64,000 nucleotides of DNA. Source: a virus. A program made the position numbers and the translations under genes. The stretch covers positions 32,852-96,851 of the IMG/VR virus record IMGVR_UViG_3300035698_022738, one strand, 5' to 3'. Below the pieces are notes generated by a model that did not search any database, had not been told where the DNA came from, and worked only from the letters and a program-made list of their open reading frames with translations. The first letter of the stretch is position 1. Each line of letters begins with the position of its first letter. Below, in pieces: positions 39,981-49,962 of the stretch.

Positions 39981-40573
39981 ATTCCAAGGCAAAGGGAAAC
40001 AGGTTTGAGAGGGAAATTGCTCAGGAGTTGACCGAATGGACCGGAATGAAGATGGTCAGAACACCTATGTCAGGGGCCTGGTCTGGTTGTGATGTCGATA
40101 TATGGCCCGACTCCCAGGCCATGTATTTCCCGTTTGCAGTTGAATGCAAAAAATCAGAGGGCTGGGACCTGTCTGGGGTTCTGACTGGGGGTGCCTTGTT
40201 CCAGGATTGGTGGACCCAGGCCGTCACGCAGGCAATGAGACTCTCTGAGAAGGATGGTCGTAAGTTCCATCCTATGCTTTTCTTTGCACGGAATAGATAC
40301 CCCGTCATGGTTTGTTTTGATTATTATCTCTTTGGCCCAGAAGAGGGAATGGTTTCTCAAATTCTTTGTCGCGAGTATGTGGGAGAGAGCGGCCTAAAAC
40401 CCTTCTCGATTGTTCCTCATATTGTGTCCAGTTTGAGCCCCCCTTGTGTTATTTTCCCATGGGAGGCATTTCGTGATTGGCTATCCTATGCTGAGGTCAA
40501 GATAGCTCTGGATCACGCTAAAGTGGGCAGGGTTCAGTCTTGGTATCCAGAGTCGCTTTACTGGTTTGAATAG
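39977..40573 (+). CDS. Holliday junction resolvase (Hjc/PD-(D/E)xK-like)
   Basis: SKAKGNRFEREIA, RTPMSGA, D...VECK. Confidence 0.8.
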   Translation: MNSKAKGNRFEREIAQELTEWTGMKMVRTPMSGAWSGCDVDIWPDSQAMYFPFAVECKKSEGWDLSGVLTGGALFQDWWTQAVTQAMRLSEKDGRKFHPMLFFARNRYPVMVCFDYYLFGPEEGMVSQILCREYVGESGLKPFSIVPHIVSSLSPPCVIFPWEAFRDWLSYAEVKIALDHAKVGRVQSWYPESLYWFE

Positions 40574-40584
40574 GATAATTTAGG

Positions 40585-41304
40585 GTGATCTTTGACAATG
40601 CTCTAGCTGAAAACTTATTACGAGAATACAGCATACTCAATGACTCTAACGTTTTAGATGCGTTACATTCAGAGGCAGAATCTTTAATCGAGGTTCTTGC
40701 CTCTTCTATAAATTATTGTCCGAGAGAGGACCTCATTCAGGTTGGGCATTTGAAAATGCAAGAGTTGGTCGAAAATGATATGTTTGATCCCAAACGAGGG
40801 AGCATGCATTCATTTCTCACGGTGTCCTTGAGACGTGCTATGCTCGACTACACAAAGTGGTTTCAGCTTGGAGCTCCCAGTGAGTATTGTGAGGGGGAAG
40901 ATGGTGCAGAGTACATGAGTGAAATCATGTCCTTCTGCGATATCCCCCCTTTTGAGGCCAGTCGATTTTCGTCGTTGGATCGCTATGTTGTGTCAGAGGC
41001 CAGCTGGTACATAATTGAGGCTGTATGTGAACAGGCCAGGGAAGGCTATCGAGGTATACTGAGGACACTGATTACAGTCTACCCAATCAAGCGTGATCTA
41101 GGTACATCCTTGTTTCATTCAATTTCTGCTGTGATGCGGATGGAAGTGTCCGGAGTTCAATGGCGGGACAACATAGAGGATGCCCTTGGATTGGCAGTTA
41201 TTCACGGAGAAAAGTCATTGATCCCTGAAGTTTGTCTGCTGTTTGGCAAGGAAATGTCAACTGCAATAAGTGTCGCTTTTCGAGGGGCCTACGTCAAGTT
41301 CTGA
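40585..41304 (+). CDS. Sigma-factor-like protein 2
   Basis: REDLIQVG...FDPKRGS..FL...AMLDY is sigma70 region 2. Confidence 0.7.
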   Translation: MIFDNALAENLLREYSILNDSNVLDALHSEAESLIEVLASSINYCPREDLIQVGHLKMQELVENDMFDPKRGSMHSFLTVSLRRAMLDYTKWFQLGAPSEYCEGEDGAEYMSEIMSFCDIPPFEASRFSSLDRYVVSEASWYIIEAVCEQAREGYRGILRTLITVYPIKRDLGTSLFHSISAVMRMEVSGVQWRDNIEDALGLAVIHGEKSLIPEVCLLFGKEMSTAISVAFRGAYVKF

Positions 41305-41656
41305 TGTAGTATTTATTTATAGGGGGTTTGTATGTGGCCTTTTGGGGTTTTTGCTTTCGTAATGGTTCTGATGCTCGTTTGTTCATCTTACAGGAATATC
41401 CAGGCAGCGAAGGAATTTATTGAACGTAGGGAACAAACAGATATTTGTTCTAAGTGTGGCTACCCTTACCCCAAAGATGAGATGATGCATGATCCGTTCT
41501 CTTCGTCTGGTCAAAAAGTATGCTGTTCATGCCTGACCGGAATGATAGCCTTGGACGCACTGATAGGCAGTGTTGGGGTCGAAGAGGCTGAAAATCTCAT
41601 GAGCAAGAGGATTTGGACCGTGGGTTTACTAAGTGGAAGTGGAAAGGTAGAGTCTG

Positions 41657-42310
41657 ATGGGGTTGCCAGTCAACGACGTTAAAGAAAAAGTTATCCTCTA
41701 CGTCCCAGGAACGGTGGGCGGCGGGACCTACTATATCGAGAGCAAACCACTATGCTTGAGTCCCATATCTGAGCTGGGGAAAGAGGATCAATTGTGCTCT
41801 CGGGGGGCTGGCTATGGAACCGACCACCAGGGTACAGGACGTTGTATGTACCATGGGGGGCGTCGGGGTGTGACAATTAAACATGGCAGGTATGCCGACG
41901 TTACAAAGAAGCAGCTCAGGGCTCAGATGTCCAAGTTTGAAGAAGAGGATGCCCAGGTCAAACTCAATCTGCTGCCTGAGTTGGATGTGCAGAGAGCTTT
42001 GCTGGCTGACATGATGATCATGTACCAAGAGGGAGGCCGTCGTAATCCTGATATGGTGCGTGTTTTGCAGAGTATGATAAACGATATCGGGAAGATGGTC
42101 GATAGAGTCGAAAAAATGCAGGATCGCAGGGTCCTGACCATTTCGACTGCCAAGCTCATGATGTCAAGGGCCTTGGAGGTAGCTGCTCGATTCATCCCCA
42201 AAGAGCAAATGCAAGAATTTATCTTTGCCTGGCGGGAAGAGGTTACTACGCCCCTGTCTCCATCTGGGGAAAATGGCAGGCAAAAGCAGTTGGAGCGTAT
42301 ACACGAATGA
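41657..42310 (+). CDS. Terminase small subunit candidate (HGG-motif protein)
   Basis: GRCMYHGG..KHGRY; directly upstream of TerL. Confidence 0.65.
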   Translation: MGLPVNDVKEKVILYVPGTVGGGTYYIESKPLCLSPISELGKEDQLCSRGAGYGTDHQGTGRCMYHGGRRGVTIKHGRYADVTKKQLRAQMSKFEEEDAQVKLNLLPELDVQRALLADMMIMYQEGGRRNPDMVRVLQSMINDIGKMVDRVEKMQDRRVLTISTAKLMMSRALEVAARFIPKEQMQEFIFAWREEVTTPLSPSGENGRQKQLERIHE

Positions 42311-43791
42311 GCTCTGAACTGACCCTCGATGATCTTTTTGAGTTTGCCTCTGAGTCTGTTTCAGAAGACCAGGCACCGGAAGTTGCGGTGACTTGGATAT
42401 GCGAGAATTTTATTGACCCCATAGCAAATACGCATATCAAACTTCAGCCATTCCAAAAACAAATATTGCACCATGCCCTCCAGATTGATCCAGACGGTTA
42501 CAGCAAATACGACACCGTTGTCTGGAGTCAAATTAAAAAGTCGGGGAAAACTGCTATCGCAGGTGCAGTCGGGGCCTGGATTGCTGAATGCGTAGAGGCT
42601 CCAAATGAGGTTGCCTGCGTAGCCAATGACCAGGAACAAAGTGCAGGTCGTATTTTTGCTGCCATGCTCCCTACTTTGGAACGTGTAGGTTGGACAGTGC
42701 CTTCGTCTCCAAAGGGGACAATGGCCTACAATTCCAGGGGCTCCTTGGTCAAGGCCATCACCACAAACTATAAGGGAGAGGCTGGCGGCAACCAGGGGAT
42801 TAGCCTGTGGTCAGAGTTGTGGGCTTACCAGGGGGAAAGATTGAATCGGCTCTGGGAAGAGATGACACCCCCTCCGACCCGTAAGTTCCGCATGAGATGG
42901 GTAGAGACATACGCTGGATTCCTGAATGAGTCAGACCAACTTTTTGGACTCTATTCACGGATATTCAAGGACCCAAAGACCGAAGAGTTACAAGACAATG
43001 TTGCCAAGCTTTGGGATGATCTTCCGGTCTATGAGGTCATGGATGAGAAGACTCTTGTGTTTTGGGACCACGAGCCACGCATGCCCTGGCAGACAGAAGA
43101 GTATTACGACAGCCAGAAGAGGCTTATTCGAGCATCTGCTTTCACTCGCTTGCACAAAAACATGTGGGTGCAGGCGTCTGATGAGTTCATTACAAACGAC
43201 ATGTGGGAAAACTCCCTGCGCCGCGATGGTCCTATGAATGTCAAAGCAACATACGCTCTGGACGGGTCTAAGTCGGGGGACAGCACCGTTCTGGTTGGTA
43301 CGGTCAGAGTTGGGGATACTGTGCATACCACCCATGTCAAGGTGTGGATACCAAAGGATGGGAAAGAGATAAAGCAAAAGGATGTCATGGAGTACATTCT
43401 GGCTTTGAACAAAAAACATCTTATAAGGCAGCCGCTCTACTATGATCCCTATCAAATGGTCAAGCTTGCCCAGGATTTGAGGGAAAGAGGCCTCAAGTGT
43501 GAGGAGTTCTCTCAAGGGGTGGAACGAGTTCGAGCTGATACATTTTTGCACCACCTGTATGCAAACGGATATATTGTCAATTGGCCGCATCCGGTAATGA
43601 AGAGCAATATATTGGCGGCCTCAGCTACGCAAGAGGGGAAAGATGACGCAGCCTATCGGATTGTTAAGCCCAGCGGGTTGGTATCCGAGTTGAACGCAAG
43701 GAAAGTAGATGCCGCTGTGGCTCAATCAATGTCTGCTTACAGAGCCTACCATGATAAACGAGGTGGGGGGTGGGCGTCCGTTGGAATATAA
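42307..43791 (+). CDS. terL: Terminase large subunit
   Basis: LQPFQ, KKSGKT Walker A, LWSELW Walker-B-like; nuclease ALDGS, YDPYQ, KVDAAVA. Confidence 0.9.
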   Translation: MSSELTLDDLFEFASESVSEDQAPEVAVTWICENFIDPIANTHIKLQPFQKQILHHALQIDPDGYSKYDTVVWSQIKKSGKTAIAGAVGAWIAECVEAPNEVACVANDQEQSAGRIFAAMLPTLERVGWTVPSSPKGTMAYNSRGSLVKAITTNYKGEAGGNQGISLWSELWAYQGERLNRLWEEMTPPPTRKFRMRWVETYAGFLNESDQLFGLYSRIFKDPKTEELQDNVAKLWDDLPVYEVMDEKTLVFWDHEPRMPWQTEEYYDSQKRLIRASAFTRLHKNMWVQASDEFITNDMWENSLRRDGPMNVKATYALDGSKSGDSTVLVGTVRVGDTVHTTHVKVWIPKDGKEIKQKDVMEYILALNKKHLIRQPLYYDPYQMVKLAQDLRERGLKCEEFSQGVERVRADTFLHHLYANGYIVNWPHPVMKSNILAASATQEGKDDAAYRIVKPSGLVSELNARKVDAAVAQSMSAYRAYHDKRGGGWASVGI

Positions 43792-43834
43792 GATGAGAGG
43801 ATCGTAGAGTTTGTGGTCTGGAGGGGAGATAGCA

Positions 43835-44410
43835 ATGTTGATTTTTAGCCTTTTGGGACTGAGCACTCCCAGGCTTGATATTGTGAATGAGGTGGACGTT
43901 GCGGTTATCGGGGCCGTCGTTGCTATTTCAACAGCATTGTGCACTGCTTTAATTCAAGCCATCAAATATTTTCTGGAAAAGGAAAAGAACAAAGCCTCTA
44001 CAGATGTCAGTCTTTTGCAAGAGGCGGCAAATATACGGGCCTCTCAAGCGGACCGTATTTTAGAGTTTGACGTGCGGGTAGATAACAAGGACAGGGAAAT
44101 AGATAGCTGGCAGGCATTATTTTATGAGGCGGACAAACGAGCCTCCAGGAGTGAGTTTGAGATAGATTCATTGAAAGGGAGGTTGGCGGGTCTTGAGGCA
44201 GCCATAGTAGACATAGATGCCATCCGTCAAGAAAATATTGCCATGAATCTTGAGATTTCTAGTTTTGCGAGTATCCGCAGTGAGGTAGAGAAGTTGAAAG
44301 GAGAAAATCTTGATCTCAGAAAGGAAAATGCACACCTGGCGGGAGAGATTGAATTTCTGAAGGAAAAGGTTATCGAGTTGGAAAAGGGGCGGGATGCCAG
44401 AGAAAATTAG
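43835..44410 (+). CDS. Membrane-anchored coiled-coil protein
   Basis: N-terminal TM segment followed by long heptad repeats. Confidence 0.6.
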   Translation: MLIFSLLGLSTPRLDIVNEVDVAVIGAVVAISTALCTALIQAIKYFLEKEKNKASTDVSLLQEAANIRASQADRILEFDVRVDNKDREIDSWQALFYEADKRASRSEFEIDSLKGRLAGLEAAIVDIDAIRQENIAMNLEISSFASIRSEVEKLKGENLDLRKENAHLAGEIEFLKEKVIELEKGRDAREN

Positions 44411-44668
44411 AGCAATATATAAACGGGTGTTGAGCTGGTTTGCAAAACCAGAAAAACCAGAAGAGGAATCATATTTTTTGGCTTTCAAGTGTGAGGAGTG
44501 CGACTCACAACTTTTGTTGAAATCAGAAATTGATTATGGACAGGTAGCTGTCATAGAGTGTGAAAATTGCGGGGAGAATTGGGTCGTGTACTCACCCCCA
44601 CTCGAAGTGCATAAGGTTAAAGAGTTTGAGCCCGTTTGGTCTCATCTTCCACAGTAAGGAGTTGAATC

Positions 44669-46174
44669 ATGGCACCAAAAAAGCCAAAAGTTTATAGTGT
44701 GCAGCCACGGTACAAAAGAGGTGGGGTTCCCCGAGGCTGGTATGTCATTGATGCGATCACTCGTTTGGGGGAAGACTTGCCAGCCTATGGATCCGTGCAT
44801 CGGGATTCCTATCTGTCAACTCAGTGGATGAATGAGCCTCTGCTGGCAGGGGTTTTTAGTACCTGGGTGGAACGAGTTCAAACTGTCAACTGGAAAATCA
44901 CTGGGGGACGGAACACAGCCAACTACTATGCCAACTTATTGAACGAGGCGGATGGGGGGTTGGGCTGGTCGTATCATGAGGGCATGTGTGCGATTGATTA
45001 TCTGTCAACAGACAAAGGTGGTTTTGAGGAGTTGGGTCGATCCAAAGCCAGGTCAACCACAGGCCGGGTCATGGGTATTCAGCATATCGACTCGGTGCGC
45101 CTGGTCATGATCGGTGAGGTTGGACAGCGTTGGAGATATTTCCCGGAAGTTGGTCGGGGGGGTGAGCCTTTCAATATTCCGGACGCAAATATTATCCAGT
45201 TGGTAAGCTTGCCCTCTGGCAGGGAGCATTATGCCGGGAATGGTGTTTGTGCACTGTCCAGGCTGGTCGAGTCCAAGACCTTAATGTTGGGCTACTTGGT
45301 CTACTTCCGGCAAGAGATTGGCAACCTTCCGCCAGAACTGGTAGCTATCATCAATGGCCTACCACAGACTGTTGTAGAGGACAGTCTGAAAAAATACCGC
45401 ATGGAATTGAAAAAGAAAAACCTGGACACCTATGGCAGGGTGTGGTGGTTGGGTTCTGATGACGAAGCAGTTCCGGTGACGTTGGACATCAAGAGTCTGA
45501 CGGTCCCCAACAAGTCGTTTGATTATAGAGTCATGACTGAGTGGTGGGCTAAGCTGCTGGCATTGAACACTGGGGAAGATGTTGGGGAATATTGGCTCAT
45601 TCAGCACTCTGGCAGCACCAAAGCAGTTCAAAGCGTGCAGGCCATGAAGTCCAGGGGCAAGGGTACAGCCAAATATTTGCAGGAAAAAGAACGGCTCTAC
45701 AACTTTAGGGTTCTACCGTATGGTGTTGTTTTCCAGTATGACAATAAGGATGATGATCAGGATAGGGCGGTAGCTGAGATTCTGTCTCAAAAGGTATCTA
45801 CACTCTACCAGCTGGCCTCTGTGGGAGTCGAGCAACAGGATTTTGCTTACACAATCGAAGAAATCCGGAGGTTGGCGGTTGAATGGGAAATCGTGCCTTC
45901 CGAGTTTGGGGCGGAAGAGGTCCCGAGGTTGGTTGGATCGGCCTACAAACATTTGGTAGACGAAGACACTTATGTAGTGGATCGCTCCATGAAGATGTAC
46001 AAAGTCAATCCAGTTCTGAGAGGGCGCGAGGGTCGGGAGGCAGAGCATATCTACCATGCTTTCCAGGACCTGGTGTCTGGTAAGAATAGGGAAAGTGCTA
46101 TGCAGCATAAGGCAGATGGGTTGGAGGGTGGAAATGGAGTCCAAAAGGTCACAGAGAGCCAAGTCGTATCCTAA
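44669..46174 (+). CDS. Portal protein
   Basis: 501 aa shortly after TerL; portal-like pattern (DYL..DKGGFEEL, HIDS, YTIEEIRRL). Confidence 0.7.
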   Translation: MAPKKPKVYSVQPRYKRGGVPRGWYVIDAITRLGEDLPAYGSVHRDSYLSTQWMNEPLLAGVFSTWVERVQTVNWKITGGRNTANYYANLLNEADGGLGWSYHEGMCAIDYLSTDKGGFEELGRSKARSTTGRVMGIQHIDSVRLVMIGEVGQRWRYFPEVGRGGEPFNIPDANIIQLVSLPSGREHYAGNGVCALSRLVESKTLMLGYLVYFRQEIGNLPPELVAIINGLPQTVVEDSLKKYRMELKKKNLDTYGRVWWLGSDDEAVPVTLDIKSLTVPNKSFDYRVMTEWWAKLLALNTGEDVGEYWLIQHSGSTKAVQSVQAMKSRGKGTAKYLQEKERLYNFRVLPYGVVFQYDNKDDDQDRAVAEILSQKVSTLYQLASVGVEQQDFAYTIEEIRRLAVEWEIVPSEFGAEEVPRLVGSAYKHLVDEDTYVVDRSMKMYKVNPVLRGREGREAEHIYHAFQDLVSGKNRESAMQHKADGLEGGNGVQKVTESQVVS

Positions 46175-47885
46175 TCCTGGTCATGAGGGTTTGGATGAAA
46201 AATGGGGGGGCTCGAAACCACGTAGCTCTGGGGATGAGTCCAGTTCTGCCTCTGTGGATGGAGAGGATCGTAAAGTCTCGGTAGCTGACCTGGCTGACAG
46301 GGATAGTGAGGTCAACAAGCTCGGAAGAGAAAATTGGGACGATCTGTCTGATGCAGAGAGAATGTCTCTGATGGACCCAGATGCTATCGACATGTCGATG
46401 CAAGATGAGCTTGATCGGTATCGACAGCCCTACAGCTCCCAGGTTAAATTCCAGGGGAAAAAGCTGACCTCGAAGGGCATTGAGGATATTGGGAAAAACG
46501 CAGATGCTTACATAGAATCTCTCGATGACGCCTTGACTCCAATCACTCGTGAAAAATTGAACAAGTTTGTCCACGATTTCTATCTTCCCGCTGTGGATGC
46601 CTCTGTCTCGGACGGGTCGTTGGAGTTGACAGACAAAGAGATGGATGTGATCATGCGGGGTAACATTGACAAGCTTGTCTTCCAAGAGATTGAATCAAGG
46701 AAAAGACAGATGGGTGATCATGGTATCCGACATGTTGTTGGCAATATTGAAAGATCATTCCAAATGATAGATGAGTTGGAGTCGGTGCCGTCGTTGGACC
46801 GTCTCATGGTTGCTCAGGCTATGGTGGATCATGATATCGGTTTGACAGCTGGTGTTGCGACTCAATCCTTTACAGCAACCAATTATCACCCTCAGTATTC
46901 TGAAAAATTTGTAAGGGCACAAGACTATCCAAACAGGCTTTTTCCTGGGCAAGAGGATAGATTGTACGATATGGTTTTGACTCACTCCGATCCTGACATG
47001 GATTGGGAGGGTGAGCCAGCTAGATCAGCTTTGAGGGTATCCGACAACACAGCTCTTTTTCAAGAGGATAAACTCCCAACTCTTTTTGTTGAGATTCCAG
47101 GAGCAACCACTGAGTTGTACAGGTTGCAGCTGGCAAAGCAAGCCGGGATGGAACAGGATTATTTGCCAGAGACAAAAAGAAGGTTGAAAGAGTTGGTTGG
47201 TGAGTCGGACTTTGACCCACGGATCAAAGCGGAATTGGTCTCAGCAGCTGATGAGGTGTTTTTTCTGACACCTAAATTCAATCTTGGTATGTTGGCAGGT
47301 GAGGTGTCTGAGTTTGATTATGATCCAGAAGCGGTTCGGATGGATATTTACCTTACTTCCACCCCAGAGCGTGAGCCATTGAATGGGATATTTGACATGG
47401 GTGAGCGTCAGTTCGAGAAATTTATGAAATCTTACGATTCTGAGGGGAGTCCAGATGAGGGTTTGCTGTTGCGGGAAAGGAACTCAGGGGACGCCGTGCT
47501 CAGCTTTACATACAATGAGAGCGAGGCTGGTACTTCCCAGGAGCTGAGTAACTTGAACGCCATGAGTATTCGGCCTGTTCTGTCGGCAATGGAACGTCAA
47601 CTGGGGCCGTCTCCAACGCCGGAGCGTAGGCAGGCTGTTTGGGATGAGTTTTCACCAGAGGTATCAAGACGGTTAACAGATTCAGAGATTGGGGCTATGA
47701 AGGCTCTCTATGGTGAGGGGGTTAATTTGACTGGTTTCCCGCTCACTAAGAGGGAGAGAACTTTCATGCAGTTGGAAAGCTTGAAGAGTCTGAAGATACT
47801 CGTTAATCTAATGGAAGGAAACCCAGGTCACGCCGACAATTTGCTGCGTTCCTACTTTGGGCGTAGCACAATAAGAGGTATGTGA
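46134..47885 (+). CDS. HD-domain phosphohydrolase-like protein with N-terminal NPGH..GGS tag
   Basis: DHGIRH...DHDIG...HPQYS...THS...RVSD HD-superfamily motif order; GGAGG SD. Confidence 0.7.
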   Translation: MESKRSQRAKSYPNPGHEGLDEKWGGSKPRSSGDESSSASVDGEDRKVSVADLADRDSEVNKLGRENWDDLSDAERMSLMDPDAIDMSMQDELDRYRQPYSSQVKFQGKKLTSKGIEDIGKNADAYIESLDDALTPITREKLNKFVHDFYLPAVDASVSDGSLELTDKEMDVIMRGNIDKLVFQEIESRKRQMGDHGIRHVVGNIERSFQMIDELESVPSLDRLMVAQAMVDHDIGLTAGVATQSFTATNYHPQYSEKFVRAQDYPNRLFPGQEDRLYDMVLTHSDPDMDWEGEPARSALRVSDNTALFQEDKLPTLFVEIPGATTELYRLQLAKQAGMEQDYLPETKRRLKELVGESDFDPRIKAELVSAADEVFFLTPKFNLGMLAGEVSEFDYDPEAVRMDIYLTSTPEREPLNGIFDMGERQFEKFMKSYDSEGSPDEGLLLRERNSGDAVLSFTYNESEAGTSQELSNLNAMSIRPVLSAMERQLGPSPTPERRQAVWDEFSPEVSRRLTDSEIGAMKALYGEGVNLTGFPLTKRERTFMQLESLKSLKILVNLMEGNPGHADNLLRSYFGRSTIRGM

Positions 47886-47916
47886 ACGTTATATTGAATG
47901 AAGGGAGTCAAGTGAG

Positions 47917-48117
47917 ATGGCTGAGAGAAAAAGGATCGTGTTGGATGCCAGTCCGGAAGAGGCAGACTGGATCAAGACCATAGTTGGGCCGGATGGAAAG
48001 ACTGCAAGGGAGCGCGATTTGGAGGCGCATGATGAGGCGTCTCGGATGCATGCTGAAGAGGTAGGTCTCTCCGAGTTGGCTGAAGTTCTGGAGGAGTCCG
48101 ATGAGCCATCTGATTGA
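47917..48117 (+). CDS. Small acidic protein (possible immunity partner)
   Basis: Has its own phage-type promoter motif at 47865-47895; follows the HD gene. Confidence 0.5.
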   Translation: MAERKRIVLDASPEEADWIKTIVGPDGKTARERDLEAHDEASRMHAEEVGLSELAEVLEESDEPSD

Positions 48118-48640
48118 TTTGATTGAGAGCGCAAAGGTTCTGGTCAAGGAAAAACATCTCCCTGGTCAGCATAATCAAGATGATCATGGAAACTGGGCGG
48201 ATGGGGGTGAGAGTGGGATGCTTGGCCCTCGGGGTTCTAAAGCAGAGGCCCAAAAGATCAGACACCTGTTAGATTTGTTGGAAAAGGAGAAGGGGTTCTC
48301 AATTGATGTTGTTGGTTGGAAGCCCCCGGTCTCTGGGAGCATGGTCTCGATTTACCCAGATCGAGAGAAGCAGATTGTTGACCTTGGAAAGTCCAGTTTT
48401 GAAGAGCAGCAGGACTTGATTGGTGATTACGTTGCCGATAACTCTGATTTGTTGGAATTGCCCGATCACTATTTGGGTGGGTGGTTGGAAAAGGGAGTTG
48501 TATTTTTGGATGTGTCGGTCAATATCGCCAGCCAAGAGAAGGCAATGAAATTGGGGATTGAGCATAACCAGTATGCAATCTTTGATGTTAAATCCTGTAC
48601 TGTAATCAAAACCGGGTATGAGGGTGCCAGAGAGGAATGA
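48101..48640 (+). CDS. KHLPGQH-tagged protein with conserved phage domain (GGW..LDVS..Q.AIFD)
   Basis: Tag at 48152-48199 followed by a ~130-aa globular domain. Confidence 0.7.
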   Translation: MSHLIDLIESAKVLVKEKHLPGQHNQDDHGNWADGGESGMLGPRGSKAEAQKIRHLLDLLEKEKGFSIDVVGWKPPVSGSMVSIYPDREKQIVDLGKSSFEEQQDLIGDYVADNSDLLELPDHYLGGWLEKGVVFLDVSVNIASQEKAMKLGIEHNQYAIFDVKSCTVIKTGYEGAREE

Positions 48641-49008
48641 GTGTTTTTGATGCAGTTGTTTGTGTTGTCGCTCTGATCTCAGCAGTTGCGTTGGTATATG
48701 CAATATACCAGGTGCTCTACCCCCGCAAAATAAAGTAGTTTGTGAAAAGGAGAACGTTAGAATGGCAAAGAAAAAGTTGGTCTATTCCAGGGGAAAGGTT
48801 AAGTCCTTGGAAGAGTTCAAAGAAATGGTGATCGGAACGGTGTCAGCTCTGACAGGTGCCCCTAAACGGGATGCTCTGACACCAGAAGCCTGGGAAGAGA
48901 AGTATACCAGGTACGTTAAGAACGCTCAGAAGGCCCCTAAAGACCTGTAAGATGGATGTAGGTCATTTGATACCTAATTGGCTGTAAAACGCCGTAGCGA
49001 GGCCCTGG

Positions 49009-49953
49009 ATGTGTTCTGATTGCTCAAACGATATCTCAAAAACATTTGCCAGCCTATTGCCGTGGTATGCTGTTCTGGTTTTCAAGGAGTCGAAAGAGGA
49101 GCTTGAGAAAAAGGCCCTTGATGACCTGCCAGAGTATATCACGGCAATTGCAGAGGGGACGCTTGGCTATGAGCAAGCTATTCGTGTTGCATGGGACAAG
49201 CTGAAAGCTCTTCCAAGTGATAAGGCAGCTCGTGAGTTCATAGAGACCCTCAAGCGAGAGTCCAAGCAGCGGTATGAAGAGGTTTTGAAGGCTGTTTTGG
49301 AGCTTGATGAGCTCTATCCTGTGCAGATAGAATTCCTGGAAAAGTATCTGAGAGAGCATTATGAGTATCTGGAAGATGCCTTGTTGCCAGATATCATGAC
49401 AGCCATGTCAATAGGCACCCCAGTTGACGTGAAATCTAAGCTGGGTTCTATGGACTACCGGGTGATTGTGATGTATGCCGGGGCTTTGTGGGGTTTTGGC
49501 ATGTTGTCTACTATAGTGTTTGATGGTATCCAGTTGCGTGATGCCCTGTCCTTATTCATGTTTTCTGGCCCCAATGATGAGCGGACCTGCACTGGACCTC
49601 GGGGATGTGCCCAGCATGTTGGTCAGGTCTATACGGTTGCCCAGATATTGCTCTATGATATTATTCCTGGGCATATGAAGTGCGGGGGGAATTGCAGGCA
49701 CATGCTATTTCCGATTTTACTTTGGCCTGATTTCAAGGGCAAAACCAAAGTGGCATGTCTTGAGAGAGGATGTATCCGCTATCGGGGTGCAGTTGACAAT
49801 CCGTTTGGTAAAGGTCTTGATTATGTTTGTGATGCCTATCCTTTTGGAATTCCCTCAGTGATCGTATCAGGAAAGGATAAGCATATGGTATCTCGGGGGG
49901 ATGATATGGGGATTACATATCTCGGGCCGGAGCTGTGGAGTCCGGGGACCTAG
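49009..49953 (+). CDS. MuF/SPP1 gp7-like head morphogenesis protein with C-terminal Cys domain
   Basis: DERTC...C...G.VY...PG...NCRH MuF-like motif; C-terminal CDAYPFGIP..I.SG..H...GDDMGI. Confidence 0.6.
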   Translation: MCSDCSNDISKTFASLLPWYAVLVFKESKEELEKKALDDLPEYITAIAEGTLGYEQAIRVAWDKLKALPSDKAAREFIETLKRESKQRYEEVLKAVLELDELYPVQIEFLEKYLREHYEYLEDALLPDIMTAMSIGTPVDVKSKLGSMDYRVIVMYAGALWGFGMLSTIVFDGIQLRDALSLFMFSGPNDERTCTGPRGCAQHVGQVYTVAQILLYDIIPGHMKCGGNCRHMLFPILLWPDFKGKTKVACLERGCIRYRGAVDNPFGKGLDYVCDAYPFGIPSVIVSGKDKHMVSRGDDMGITYLGPELWSPGT

Positions 49954-49962
49954 GGAGGTAGG

